Below are positions 19,797-28,897 of a stretch of 64,000 nucleotides of DNA, piece by piece. Location of the stretch: the NCBI GenBank assembly GCA_963755265.1, contig CAVWKV010000082.1:13203-77202 (forward strand). The letters are read 5' to 3'. Position 1 is the stretch's first letter; the number at the start of each line of letters is the position of its first letter. A program made the translations under genes and the position numbers. This DNA is from an uncultured Methanomassiliicoccales archaeon (lineage in GTDB: Archaea; Thermoplasmatota; Thermoplasmata; Methanomassiliicoccales; UBA472). The notes under the pieces are model-generated. The model was not told the origin of the DNA. It made no database searches and worked only from the letters and a program-made list of their open reading frames with translations.

Positions 19797-20938
19797 TCAT
19801 GTTTTCGATCTTCCTTAATGATCCTGGAAGCCGCCAGGACGTGCAGGTCGATGAGCGGGATCCGCTCCCTTCCCTTATACGTGCCATAATCTTTCTGGGC
19901 GCATGACAGATGGACATAGCACTTGGGACAGGCGGTCACTAGTCTTTCCGCTCCGGTCTGCCGCGCCTCACAGAGCCTATCCACCTGCCATTTCTTAGTG
20001 TCGTCATCGCAATTAGCCCAGCAGGGATTTCCACAGCAGGCCGATGACGTCCTTGATCGGGGCATCTCCTTTAGATCTCCGCATGCCTGGACCACTGCCC
20101 TCGGTTCTTCGATGATCTTTGCGAAACGTACCAATTTGCATGGGTAATGGTATGTGAGCTTTTCTTCTCCAGGCAATAACCTCAATTTGCGTTCAAGAAC
20201 GGCCCGTCCGACCAATTCCGAAAGATCGACGATCTCCAGATCAAAACTTTCGATCGTCTTGGGATATATTTCCTGTAGTGTGTGATGGCATTCAGGGCAG
20301 AACGTTATCACTCGTCTGGCACCCGATTCCTTCAACTTCGCGGCGTTGAGCCGTGCCAGTTTCTCAAATGTCTCGTCCTCCCCCAACCAGTAAGAGTCAT
20401 GGCCGCAGCATAGCTCGTCATCCATAAGCTTGGGCCGTATGCCCATGGCATTGAGCAATCTGACGGCGGAACGCGGTATCTCCAGCATATCCTTGGCAAA
20501 GGCGTTGAACAAGTGGTCGAAGAGCGGGGTGCAACCAACGAAAAGTACCGTGTCCGATGATGGGTCCAGTTCCAGGTCCGGGGTCACCCAATCCGACCGA
20601 TGTCCCCTGGTCCTCCCTGCCGCCTCTGTCCTCCTCATCTCCCGGAGAATACCATTATGCGACTGGATCGGGGGGGATCTAGCATTACTGTCTGCCCGGA
20701 TGTCCCTGATGAACTCGTGGAAGCTCACGCCCGATATGCATGCGTCCGAACAAGCGCCACAGGTCATGCAGGACCAGATCTCCCAACGGTCCAGGTCCTT
20801 GCCGGAGGTGAAATCCTCCATCACCCGTCGGGGCGAGAACCGGTTATCCCGCTGGGCGGCCGGGCAAGCATACGAGCATTTCCCGCATTCCACGCATTCG
20901 GAGGCATTAAACTTGTAGGCGGAATCGAGCAGGTTCAT
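19793..20938 (-). CDS. hdrD: HdrD-like Fe-S / CCG-domain oxidoreductase
   Basis: CVECGKCSYACP and CMTCGACSDAC ferredoxin motifs, followed by two CCG-type Cys-rich domains (CCGHDSYW, CPECHH, CCGNPCW, CPKCY). Confidence 0.8.
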   Translation of the reverse strand: MNLLDSAYKFNASECVECGKCSYACPAAQRDNRFSPRRVMEDFTSGKDLDRWEIWSCMTCGACSDACISGVSFHEFIRDIRADSNARSPPIQSHNGILREMRRTEAAGRTRGHRSDWVTPDLELDPSSDTVLFVGCTPLFDHLFNAFAKDMLEIPRSAVRLLNAMGIRPKLMDDELCCGHDSYWLGEDETFEKLARLNAAKLKESGARRVITFCPECHHTLQEIYPKTIESFDLEIVDLSELVGRAVLERKLRLLPGEEKLTYHYPCKLVRFAKIIEEPRAVVQACGDLKEMPRSRTSSACCGNPCWANCDDDTKKWQVDRLCEARQTGAERLVTACPKCYVHLSCAQKDYGTYKGRERIPLIDLHVLAASRIIKEDRKHD

Positions 20939-21418
20939 CTACTCCCTTCCTGTCGGACCGAGCTCTTTAATGGTGACCGTGAACTCAGCAGCCGTGGAGG
21001 CGAACAAAGCACCTTCAGCGGCCGATACCCAGCGAAGCAAGAGCCTGTGCGGGTCGATCCCCATTAGATCGAGGAGCTTCTGGCAATCCCTCACCTTTAC
21101 CTCCGCTTTGCGGTTGCCAGCGATGTAATGGCAATCACCGATATGGCATCCCAGGACCATGACCCCGTCCGCCCCCATCTCGAAACAGCGCATGATCATT
21201 CCCGGGTCCACCCTGCCGGAGCACATGACCCGTACGATCCGGATGTTGCTCGGGTATTGGATCCGGCTCACTCCAGCTAGGTCCGCACCGGCGTAGGCAC
21301 ACCAGTTGCAGCAGAAGGCCACGATCAACGGGTCGAATATGTCCTCTCCTGTCGACGAAGCATGCTTCTCCGTCCCCAAGGATCGTAGGACATTCGGGCC
21401 AGTCAAATAGGAATCCAT
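20939..21418 (-). CDS. mvhD: MvhD-type (methyl-viologen-reducing hydrogenase delta subunit) protein
   Basis: IVAFCCNWCAYAGADLAG...VRVMCSGRV...VLGCHIGDCHY signature. Start set to ATG 21418 (GGAGGT 7 nt upstream) rather than the track start at 21628. The TAG stop abuts the hdrD ATG. Confidence 0.85.
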   Translation of the reverse strand: MDSYLTGPNVLRSLGTEKHASSTGEDIFDPLIVAFCCNWCAYAGADLAGVSRIQYPSNIRIVRVMCSGRVDPGMIMRCFEMGADGVMVLGCHIGDCHYIAGNRKAEVKVRDCQKLLDLMGIDPHRLLLRWVSAAEGALFASTAAEFTVTIKELGPTGRE

Positions 21419-21560
21419 GTGATGACCTCCGAGCGAAGCGGGTGCCGACAAAAAAGGGTTTCGATGCAGGACGATCATTTCGTGGAACAGCGGAGAGCGT
21501 TCGTAACTGTGACATCCTGAGGCAGATATGATTAATAGCGACCCTCCCGTTTCCTGTTCG

Positions 21561-22268
21561 ATGGCGCTCAGGATCGTTGGTTTCTCGAAGACATCGCTTC
21601 TCGACTGGGACGGGCATGTGGTGGCCACTATCTACCTGCAGGGGTGCAATTGGCGCTGTCTCTATTGTCACAACCCAGACCTGGTCCCAATGGAGCCATC
21701 GTTCGACGAACTCGACTTCGAGGACATTGCTGAGTACATCCTGGGGAACACTGACTTCCTGGACGGAATTGCAATATCTGGGGGTGAACCGACCATCCAT
21801 CCCGACCTGCCGATACTGATCGCCAAGATCAGGGACCTTGGCATGAAGGTGAAGCTGGACACCAACGGATCCAACCCGGACATGCTGGAGGACCTACTCG
21901 GTTCCGGCATGCTCGACTATGTGGCCATGGACATAAAGGCCCCGTTGAACGAAAAATACAAAGAGATCGTCAGGGTGAACGTGGACCTGGACGCAGTCAA
22001 GCGCTCGATCCACCTGCTGATGACATCCGGCGTCGACCATGAGTTCCGCACGACGGTCGTACCATTCCTGTTGGAGGAGAAGGACATCGAGTCCATCTCC
22101 GCCTTCATCGGTGGGGCCAACAAGTATGCACTGCACCAGTTCAAGAACGACACAACGCTGGAGAAGAAGATGGAACTGGTTTCGCCCTATCCGGAGGAGA
22201 GGTTGCGGGCCATGGGGGACATCGCCAAGATGTACGTCCGCAAGGTAGTAGTCCGCGGCACCAGCTGA
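21561..22268 (+). CDS. radical SAM activating enzyme (NrdG2 / anaerobic RNR activase-like)
   Basis: IVGFSKTSLLDWDGHVVATIYLQGCNWRCLYCHNPDLV matches the NrdG2-family N-terminus with CX3CX2C. The track start is 21528. Confidence 0.8.
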   Translation: MALRIVGFSKTSLLDWDGHVVATIYLQGCNWRCLYCHNPDLVPMEPSFDELDFEDIAEYILGNTDFLDGIAISGGEPTIHPDLPILIAKIRDLGMKVKLDTNGSNPDMLEDLLGSGMLDYVAMDIKAPLNEKYKEIVRVNVDLDAVKRSIHLLMTSGVDHEFRTTVVPFLLEEKDIESISAFIGGANKYALHQFKNDTTLEKKMELVSPYPEERLRAMGDIAKMYVRKVVVRGTS

Positions 22269-22302
22269 TTAAGAGCGGTCGCCGATAAGCACGGCAAATC
22301 TA

Positions 22303-22311
22303 TTTTATATA
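22303..22311 (+). promoter_or_regulatory. TATA-like box upstream of the KaiC-like operon
   Basis: TTTTATATA lies about 20 nt upstream of ATG 22329. This spacing suggests a leaderless transcript or use of the internal ATG at 22383. Confidence 0.35.
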
Positions 22312-22328
22312 CCAAAACCCTTGAATGC

Positions 22329-23099
22329 ATGTCAACGTACCCAGACCTTATTGGCCAGTACGTTCCTGGGAGCGCGTGTTCGATGGAAAATGTGAACGGA
22401 AGGCTGAAGACCTATATCGACGGATTTGACAGGATACTAGAGGGCGGCGTCCCCACCGGCCACATCGTTCTCCTCGCAGGCACTCCGGGAACAATGAAGT
22501 CATCGCTCTCCTATTACATGCTGTACAACCATGCTCTGGAGAACAACGCATGCTCCGTATATGTCACGCTGGAGCAGTCCCGGGAATCCCTCCTCAGGCA
22601 GATGGAGAAGATGGGCATGCACACCGACAACGTCAAGGACCAATTGAACGTCCTCGACCTTGGCATCATCCGGAAGAAGCTGAAGGAGATATCTGCCGGA
22701 AGCTCCTGGCTCCACGTTTTCAAGTCATATCTCACAAACCTCAAGGAGAACCTAAACTACTCGATCCTGGTCATCGACTCCCTCGAAGTGCTGGAAACGA
22801 TGGCGGAGATATCCAACCGCAGGACCGAACTGTTCTATCTTTTCGAGTGGCTCAGGGACCTCGATGCCACCGTCTTCCTCATCTCGGAATCATCCTCGGA
22901 AAGGATGATGGATGGGAAGTTTGACGAAGGATACCTCTCAGACGGCATCATCACACTCAAGATGCAGGTGATCAGGGACGTGGAGACGCAGAGACGGATC
23001 CGCTGTGTCAAGATGAGGGAGACGAACCACGACCCCTCGTATTACTCGCTGCTCTATAATGGTGGCAAGTTCCAGGTTACCAGGGTGATTTCTGAGTAA
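22329..23099 (+). CDS. KaiC/RAD55-family RecA-fold ATPase, paralogue 1
   Basis: GGVPTGHIVLLAGTPGTMKSS P-loop, TLEQS, ILVIDSLE Walker B. Alternative start at 22383. Confidence 0.8.
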   Translation: MSTYPDLIGQYVPGSACSMENVNGRLKTYIDGFDRILEGGVPTGHIVLLAGTPGTMKSSLSYYMLYNHALENNACSVYVTLEQSRESLLRQMEKMGMHTDNVKDQLNVLDLGIIRKKLKEISAGSSWLHVFKSYLTNLKENLNYSILVIDSLEVLETMAEISNRRTELFYLFEWLRDLDATVFLISESSSERMMDGKFDEGYLSDGIITLKMQVIRDVETQRRIRCVKMRETNHDPSYYSLLYNGGKFQVTRVISE

Positions 23100-23117
23100 A
23101 GTCTGGGTGCCACATAA

Positions 23118-24665
23118 ATGTCTAAATTCGAGTGCCCGCGGTGTGGTTCGGGGGTCAAGCCCAACGACATCCAATGTGACCGCTGCGGCGAGATGCTGAA
23201 GAAGGTCGACCCACGCAGGCAGACGGAGGGCGACATGCCTTCCAACATCGTCATTGACAAGGTCATTTCCGAGGAACAGACCCAGATACGGCTAGATTCG
23301 TCCGATTTCACCTCCCTGTCCAAGCTCAGGAAGATTCTGGAAGACAAGGACAAGGAGATCTCAGCAAGGGAGAAGGTGCTTCTCGAGAATGAGAAGCGAT
23401 TGCAGGACACCTTCGATAAGATGGAGAAAGACCAGAATCAGCTCGAGGACTCGGTCAAGCAGTTCGAGTCCGATCAGGTAATGATCAAATGCAAGGAGAT
23501 GTCCATCCGAGAGAAGGAGCAAGAATTAGAGCTGATGTCGGAGAAGTTCGACAAAGGCATACAGGAGATCATGTCGCTGGAGGACAAATTAAAGACCTCC
23601 CGTATAACCGCCGCCGATGTCCAGAAGCTGGACGACATTAGGAAGAAGTATGGTGCGGCGGTGGAGAACGAGAAGCTCAAGTTGAAGAAGGCCTTGGAAG
23701 AGGAGTTTGAGGAAAAGCTAACGGAAAAGGGCCGGCTGGAGACGGAACTTAAACTGGCCAAGGGGCAGCTCAGCGAGGCAACTCGGAAGATAGAGGAATT
23801 GCAGAGGTTTGTCAAGGCGGAGACCTTCACCACCGGCGCAAGGATGGAGGCAGAAGAGTCCCAGGCACGCGCCGATGTTAAGGCGACGGTGGCAGAGCTG
23901 GTGAAGGTGGTCAGACCAGAGTTGGATGCACAGATCGGCGCTGGTATGCCCGTTACCGTGCCAGACCAGACCATTCACACCCATATTGAGAAGTTCGACA
24001 CGATCCTGGGCGGTGGCATACCGGAAGGCCATGTCATTTTGGTAAACGGTGCACCAGGAACTATGAAGTCGACACTCACGTACACCATCCTGCACAATGC
24101 CGCTTTGTACGATGGCGTAAGTTCGATGTATTTCTCGCTGGAACAGTCCAGGGCATCCATCCTCAGACAGATGGCCCGGCTCAAGATGCCCGACCCACAT
24201 GCCGCCGATCGCATGATGGTTGTGGACATGATCGACCTGCGCAAGGAGATGGAGGACGTCCGTGGCGATTGGAGGGAAATCCTTCTCCGTTACGTCAAGA
24301 ACGTGTTCGTCGAGCGCCCGTTCCGTATCTTCGTGCTCGACTCGCTCGACTCGTTCAAGGCCGTTACTGATTACGATTTCACCCGCCAGGACCTCAAAGA
24401 TCTGTTCGATTGGTTCAAGTCCTTGGGCATCACCGTGATGTTGATATCAGAGAAGCCGATGGAGCAACTTCTGGAGAGCGTGCAGAGCGAACTGTACTTG
24501 GCAGACGGGGCCATAGAATTGATGATGAAACAGATCGATGAATCGAAGATACAGCGGTGGGTACGTTGCTCAAAGCTACGCGGGATGAACATCGACACTC
24601 GTTACTACTCCCTGTTCCACGACGGCGAGCACTTCAACCTGACCGTGCCGATCGTCGACTCGTGA
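23118..24665 (+). CDS. zinc-ribbon / coiled-coil / KaiC-family ATPase, paralogue 2
   Basis: CPRC-x10-CDRC ribbon and a ~230-aa Glu/Lys heptad-rich region, then GGIPEGHVILVNGAPGTMKST, SLEQS and IFVLDSLD. Confidence 0.8.
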   Translation: MSKFECPRCGSGVKPNDIQCDRCGEMLKKVDPRRQTEGDMPSNIVIDKVISEEQTQIRLDSSDFTSLSKLRKILEDKDKEISAREKVLLENEKRLQDTFDKMEKDQNQLEDSVKQFESDQVMIKCKEMSIREKEQELELMSEKFDKGIQEIMSLEDKLKTSRITAADVQKLDDIRKKYGAAVENEKLKLKKALEEEFEEKLTEKGRLETELKLAKGQLSEATRKIEELQRFVKAETFTTGARMEAEESQARADVKATVAELVKVVRPELDAQIGAGMPVTVPDQTIHTHIEKFDTILGGGIPEGHVILVNGAPGTMKSTLTYTILHNAALYDGVSSMYFSLEQSRASILRQMARLKMPDPHAADRMMVVDMIDLRKEMEDVRGDWREILLRYVKNVFVERPFRIFVLDSLDSFKAVTDYDFTRQDLKDLFDWFKSLGITVMLISEKPMEQLLESVQSELYLADGAIELMMKQIDESKIQRWVRCSKLRGMNIDTRYYSLFHDGEHFNLTVPIVDS

Positions 24666-24739
24666 TCGGAATCAATTATCGTTCCAGGATTTTTTTGAAG
24701 ATAGATTAAAAACTCGAGGCAACACTTACTTCAAAGGAA

Positions 24740-25465
24740 GTGGTGGGAATGCAGATTTCGCGCGTAAAAACATTCATCGAGAACCTCGACGAACGCATGC
24801 AGGGTGGTATACCTAAGGGTCAGTTGGTGTTGATCGCCGGCGCTCCGGGAACAATGAAATCATCGATCGCCTACTCAATTCTGTATAACAACGCGGTCAA
24901 GAACGGCACCAAGTCGTTGTACATGACGCTGGAGCAGTCAAGGGAGAACCTGAACCAGCAAATGGAGTCCATGGGTATGCTTCCGGAGAAAGTGCGTGAT
25001 ACCGTCAACGTCCTCGATCTGGGCATTATCAGGAAGTCGCTTACTCAACTATCGGCGAAAGGCAGCTGGATGCAGGTCTTCAAAATGTATGCTGAGAACC
25101 TGAAGACATCCCTGGGATACGAGATATTGGTGCTGGACTCGCTCGATGTTCTGGAAATGGCGGCGCAGATGAAGCCGGAAGAAAGACGGGCAGAATTGTT
25201 CTACCTGTTCGAATGGCTCAGGGGCATGGGCATAACCTGCTTCCTGATATCGGAATGTAACCCGGACCAGTTCAACTGTACACACCGTGATGAGGCATAT
25301 TTGGCGGATGGGGTCATTCTCCTAAAGATGGCGGAGACCGACGACACCGAGGTTCAGCGGCGTATACGCATCGTGAAGATGCGATCCACGAACCATGCTA
25401 GCAACTATTTTTCTTTGCTGTTCGACCACGCCGCATTCCGCGCCACCCGTGTACTGAGCGAGTAG
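24740..25465 (+). CDS. KaiC/RAD55-family RecA-fold ATPase, paralogue 3
   Basis: GGIPKGQLVLIAGAPGTMKSS, TLEQS, ILVLDSLD. C-terminus is collinear with paralogue 1. Confidence 0.8.
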   Translation: MVGMQISRVKTFIENLDERMQGGIPKGQLVLIAGAPGTMKSSIAYSILYNNAVKNGTKSLYMTLEQSRENLNQQMESMGMLPEKVRDTVNVLDLGIIRKSLTQLSAKGSWMQVFKMYAENLKTSLGYEILVLDSLDVLEMAAQMKPEERRAELFYLFEWLRGMGITCFLISECNPDQFNCTHRDEAYLADGVILLKMAETDDTEVQRRIRIVKMRSTNHASNYFSLLFDHAAFRATRVLSE

Positions 25466-25466
25466 A

Positions 25467-27596
25467 TCAGCGTCCTGGGTGCTCCAGGAAGAACCTTTTC
25501 ACGTCCGAGACCGGGTCATTGCTCTTCTCCATCTCGAGGTACTTCATGAACCTGGGAGCTCGACTGTCCAGCACGACGGCGCATCCGACGTCATTTTCTG
25601 TTCGTATCAGCCTGCCTATCGACTGCATCATCCGGCGAGCGGCGGGTACGTTCACGGCGTATTCGAACCCCTTCCCGCCGAAACGCTGGTCATAGAACTC
25701 ACGCAATCGTTCTTGGCAAAGCGAGGGCTTTGGATAAGGTATGCCTACGATCACGACCAACTGCAGTTCCTCGAAGGGAAAGTCCAAGCCTTCCGATACC
25801 CGCCCTCCCATCACCGCGAAGAAGACAGATCCTTTACGAGAGTCGCGCTTGAACCTTCCTATGTCCGCGATCAGTTTCTCCTGCGATTCTCCCTGCACCT
25901 CGCGGTAGACTTTCTTGGTGACCAGCTTCTCGTTCCGGTATAGGTAGTTATGCAACATCGCATGGGACGGGAAGAACACCATTGTGTTTCGGGGAACAGC
26001 GTTCGCCAGATCGGAAACATAGTCTTGCAGCTTCTGAACTGCATTAGGATCGGAACGGGACTCGTATTTCGCTTCGACATCCTCCACAAAGAGTACCTTT
26101 CGGTTCTCTTTCGGGAACGGGGATTCGAATACCGCGGTCTTGGTGTTCTCACCCAGGCCGGTCACGCGGACATACTGGTCCAATGGCCTCAGCGTGCCCG
26201 ACATGTGCACGGAGCCATGGACCTCGTGGAAGAACGAAAGCGCCCCCTTCGGGTCCAAACAATAGGCCTCGATCATTCCTCCGTCCTCCATGGTCGCCCG
26301 GCGAACGTAGCGAGAGTTGTCCGCGGCGACCCAGTTGGTTAGGTCCCGGCCCAAGGTGAACGTCGCCGAGGTGGGCTCCCGCCCGCTCTGGAGACGCCGC
26401 TGGGCCATCTCCTCGCCGGTGGCCTGCATCTCCGCTACCATATCTGCCAACTCTGCCCTGTCACAGCCTAGGGTTTCGCACAGCGTTCCTTCGAGGAACC
26501 CCCGGCCTAGCGCGACCTCGTCCCTGCCAGATTCTGCGACCAGTTCTGCTGCCCGGTCCAGGACGCTAAACAGCGCTCCGGCGAACTTCTTCAGGTCCAC
26601 ATTCTTGGAGAGCTTGGCGTTTCCCATCTCCCCGGCCTCGATAGTAACGATTGAGACGATCTTCTTGGTGATCCGGATGCTCTCCGCGTCCCGGGCCGCG
26701 TCAGCTAGGTTGTGCGCTTCGTCCACCACCAGGATGAGATCGTCGGCCTCCGCTTGCAGCTGTTCCAGGAAATGATGCCTGACCTCACTGGATATTATAT
26801 ATGGATAGGGGGCGATGATAACCTTGGCCTCGGGCATCAGCATCTTGCCAACTTCGTAGGGGCAGGCCCCGTCCGCCTCACAGAACTTGGAGAGCTCGTC
26901 CGACGTCGGGACATTGTCGGCACAAAAATTCTTGAAATATGAATGGCCCAAATGGACCGTGTTGGCGTAATAGGTGCAGCCACCCTTTACCCCGTCCCGG
27001 GTGTTCTTCTTCTTATGCTCGCAAACGCGGGATAGCTCTCCAGGGGTCAGGTTGTCGACCGAGAGTTCAGACAACATAGGGCAGCTGTTTCGGCGTCCTT
27101 GGAGAGAGATTCCCATGACGTTCCTTCGCTTGCTGATGGCGCGCAGCTCCTTGATCGCTATCATAGCCTGCGAGTTGGTCCGAGTGATGTATACGACCCG
27201 CTTGTCGTTCGCGAATGCATGCTCCACGGTACCGGCAAGTGCACATACGGTCTTGCCCGTGCCAGTGCCAGATTCGACGACCAGATTACTCCTGGATTCG
27301 AGCACCTTTTCGATCAGGTCGACGAAATCTAATTGGTGTGGTCTGGGCAGATACGGGAATATCGAGGAGGTATCCGGGTTTGGCGGCTGGACGGCCTCCT
27401 CGTGCTCTTCCTCCTGTCTATCCTCACGTGTCCCGGCCAGCCTGGTCTGGAACTTGGGTCTGTAGGAATGGCCCCGGTCGTTGCTCGACGATGATCCCTC
27501 ATCCCTTGAACGGGTCATCCCGCAGGTCCGGCATATCAGCCTGTCGCCTACTGGGGTCATCATCGATTTGCAGCGTTCGCAGAACATCCCGGGCAT
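25467..27596 (-). CDS. xpd: XPD/Rad3-family Fe-S DNA helicase with N-terminal zinc ribbon
   Basis: ESGTGTGKT Walker A, VVDEAHNL DEAH box, a Cys-rich Fe-S insert between them, and C-terminal GRLIR. Extra N-terminal CERC-x12-CRTC ribbon plus an acidic linker. Confidence 0.85.
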   Translation of the reverse strand: MPGMFCERCKSMMTPVGDRLICRTCGMTRSRDEGSSSSNDRGHSYRPKFQTRLAGTREDRQEEEHEEAVQPPNPDTSSIFPYLPRPHQLDFVDLIEKVLESRSNLVVESGTGTGKTVCALAGTVEHAFANDKRVVYITRTNSQAMIAIKELRAISKRRNVMGISLQGRRNSCPMLSELSVDNLTPGELSRVCEHKKKNTRDGVKGGCTYYANTVHLGHSYFKNFCADNVPTSDELSKFCEADGACPYEVGKMLMPEAKVIIAPYPYIISSEVRHHFLEQLQAEADDLILVVDEAHNLADAARDAESIRITKKIVSIVTIEAGEMGNAKLSKNVDLKKFAGALFSVLDRAAELVAESGRDEVALGRGFLEGTLCETLGCDRAELADMVAEMQATGEEMAQRRLQSGREPTSATFTLGRDLTNWVAADNSRYVRRATMEDGGMIEAYCLDPKGALSFFHEVHGSVHMSGTLRPLDQYVRVTGLGENTKTAVFESPFPKENRKVLFVEDVEAKYESRSDPNAVQKLQDYVSDLANAVPRNTMVFFPSHAMLHNYLYRNEKLVTKKVYREVQGESQEKLIADIGRFKRDSRKGSVFFAVMGGRVSEGLDFPFEELQLVVIVGIPYPKPSLCQERLREFYDQRFGGKGFEYAVNVPAARRMMQSIGRLIRTENDVGCAVVLDSRAPRFMKYLEMEKSNDPVSDVKRFFLEHPGR

Positions 27597-27619
27597 TCAT
27601 AACGCCAATGACGGCAGAC

Positions 27620-27626
27620 TTTAAAA
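27620..27626 (-). promoter_or_regulatory. TATA-like box for xpd (leaderless spacing)
   Basis: TTTTAAA on the minus strand, centred about 27 nt upstream of ATG 27596. Confidence 0.3.
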
Positions 27627-27738
27627 CCATTGCCGGAATAGCATGCCACCAGTCAAATAACAGGACACTTTAGAACAACCTTGTCGCTCTCAGTGCCACT
27701 GTTTCATGTTATACCAGTCATTGCCAGGCACCGTCAGG

Positions 27739-27746
27739 AATTAATA
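27739..27746 (+). promoter_or_regulatory. TATA-like box for tRNA-Val
   Basis: AATTAATA centred about 30 nt upstream of the tRNA 5' end. Confidence 0.35.
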
Positions 27747-27772
27747 CCTTGAAGTATTGTTGAGGGACTCAA

Positions 27773-27845
27773 GGGCTCGTGGTCTAGCGGTTATGACGTT
27801 TGCCTCACACGCAGAAGGTCGCCGGTTCGAATCCGGCTGAGCCCA
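27773..27845 (+). tRNA. tRNA-Val (anticodon CAC)
   Basis: Hand-folded cloverleaf. Acceptor GGGCTCG/TGAGCCC, anticodon stem TTTGC/GCAGA with loop CTCACAC, T-arm GCCGG-TTCGAAT-CCGGC, discriminator A. CCA is not encoded. Confidence 0.9.
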
Positions 27846-27884
27846 CTTATCACTCTATCCAGACAATTATTATTTGAATTCAAT

Positions 27885-28143
27885 TCAAACCTTTTCGGGG
27901 TTTATAGCTGGCTCGGGTAGAAACATGGTTTTGTAAGCTTCATTGACCCGAGCGAACGCAGGTTCAGCCCTGGCAGGGCAATAGTACCGCTCCGTTGTCT
28001 GTGTCGATGCGTGCCTCATGCTCTGAGATACCTGATCTTCTCAATAATCAGAAGGTACTTTGAGGTTATGGCAGTAGTGCTTCCTTGAATCGCCTGAACG
28101 CGGTCGTTGAGTTGTTCCATCGTTCAGGGTTATTCTTCTTTAA
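27885..28143 (-). pseudogene. tyrosine recombinase (integrase) C-terminal remnant
   Basis: Minus-strand reading gives ...SRKHYCHNLKVPSDY*EDQVSQSMRHASTQTTERYY.... The spacing matches the catalytic R-H-x22-H-x8-Y region of Xer/phage integrases (24 residues from KH to RH, Tyr 9 residues after His). There is an in-frame TGA and no N-terminal part. Confidence 0.55.
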
Positions 28144-28339
28144 TCCCGTGAAAGCCAAGATAGCTCATCGAATAATTTCTGGCAAGCTTCATCTTGTTCC
28201 CAATTACTAAGTCCCGGTCCTGGTGAAAATTTCAAACCCTGGCTATACTTCCTAAGTTAGGCCAAACTAATATGAACATGACCTGAAGATTATTGCCTCT
28301 ACAAGGATGCGTTACTCAGGTCCAGCATTCTGTCCTGGC

Positions 28340-28897
28340 CTATTTCTTGAGTCCTTTGCCCATCGAGAACGCCTTGCCGATGACTTCTCCAATGTGGCAA
28401 TAACTAGAACCTGAGAAGACGATCGGGTCGATCTTTTCGGTATCTGGAGCCCCACCCGTCATGCAATCTCGAGCTACATGAACATCAATGACCTCGCCGA
28501 CGTGTAGGTTGTGGCTGCCTAGTTCGAGGGTGTGGCGGAGCTCGCACTCGATGTTGACTGGAAAATCAAGTATCAGTGGAGCTGTCTTGAGCTTGCCATA
28601 GAACGTATCAAAGAGTTTGGACTTATCGACCTTGCTCCCTGAGACTAGACCACAGTAGTCGGTTTCCACCGCGTTCTTGCCGCCTGGAATATTAACACTG
28701 AAGGTCTTGTTCTCTAGAATGCCTTTCTCGGTGTATCTTACCTTGTTGATGGCTATGGCAATCATCGGAGGTTCCATGCACGCGACCCCTACCCAGGCTG
28801 CGGTCATGAAATTGGGTTTTCCTTTGACATTAGAGCCGACCAGCACTGCCGGCATTGGCGTCATGTAAGGTCTGGGACCTAGCGTTACTTTTTCCAT
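28340..28897 (-). CDS. flavin reductase-like (FMN-binding split-barrel) domain protein
   Basis: MTPMPAVLVGSNVKGKPNFMTAAWVGVACMEPPMIAIAI...TFSVNIP pattern of flavin reductase domain proteins. Confidence 0.8.
   Translation of the reverse strand: MEKVTLGPRPYMTPMPAVLVGSNVKGKPNFMTAAWVGVACMEPPMIAIAINKVRYTEKGILENKTFSVNIPGGKNAVETDYCGLVSGSKVDKSKLFDTFYGKLKTAPLILDFPVNIECELRHTLELGSHNLHVGEVIDVHVARDCMTGGAPDTEKIDPIVFSGSSYCHIGEVIGKAFSMGKGLKK

Noticed and set aside
21419-21628. 70-codon N-terminal extension of MvhD
   Set aside because: ATG 21418 has a GGAGGT Shine-Dalgarno and begins just before the conserved MvhD core. The extension would run into the divergent promoter and the activase gene.
27874-27883. 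Palindrome TTGAATTCAA just after the tRNA as an att core or terminator
   Set aside because: It is only 10 bp, contains an EcoRI-type hexamer that is common by chance in AT-rich DNA, and has no second copy that I could find.
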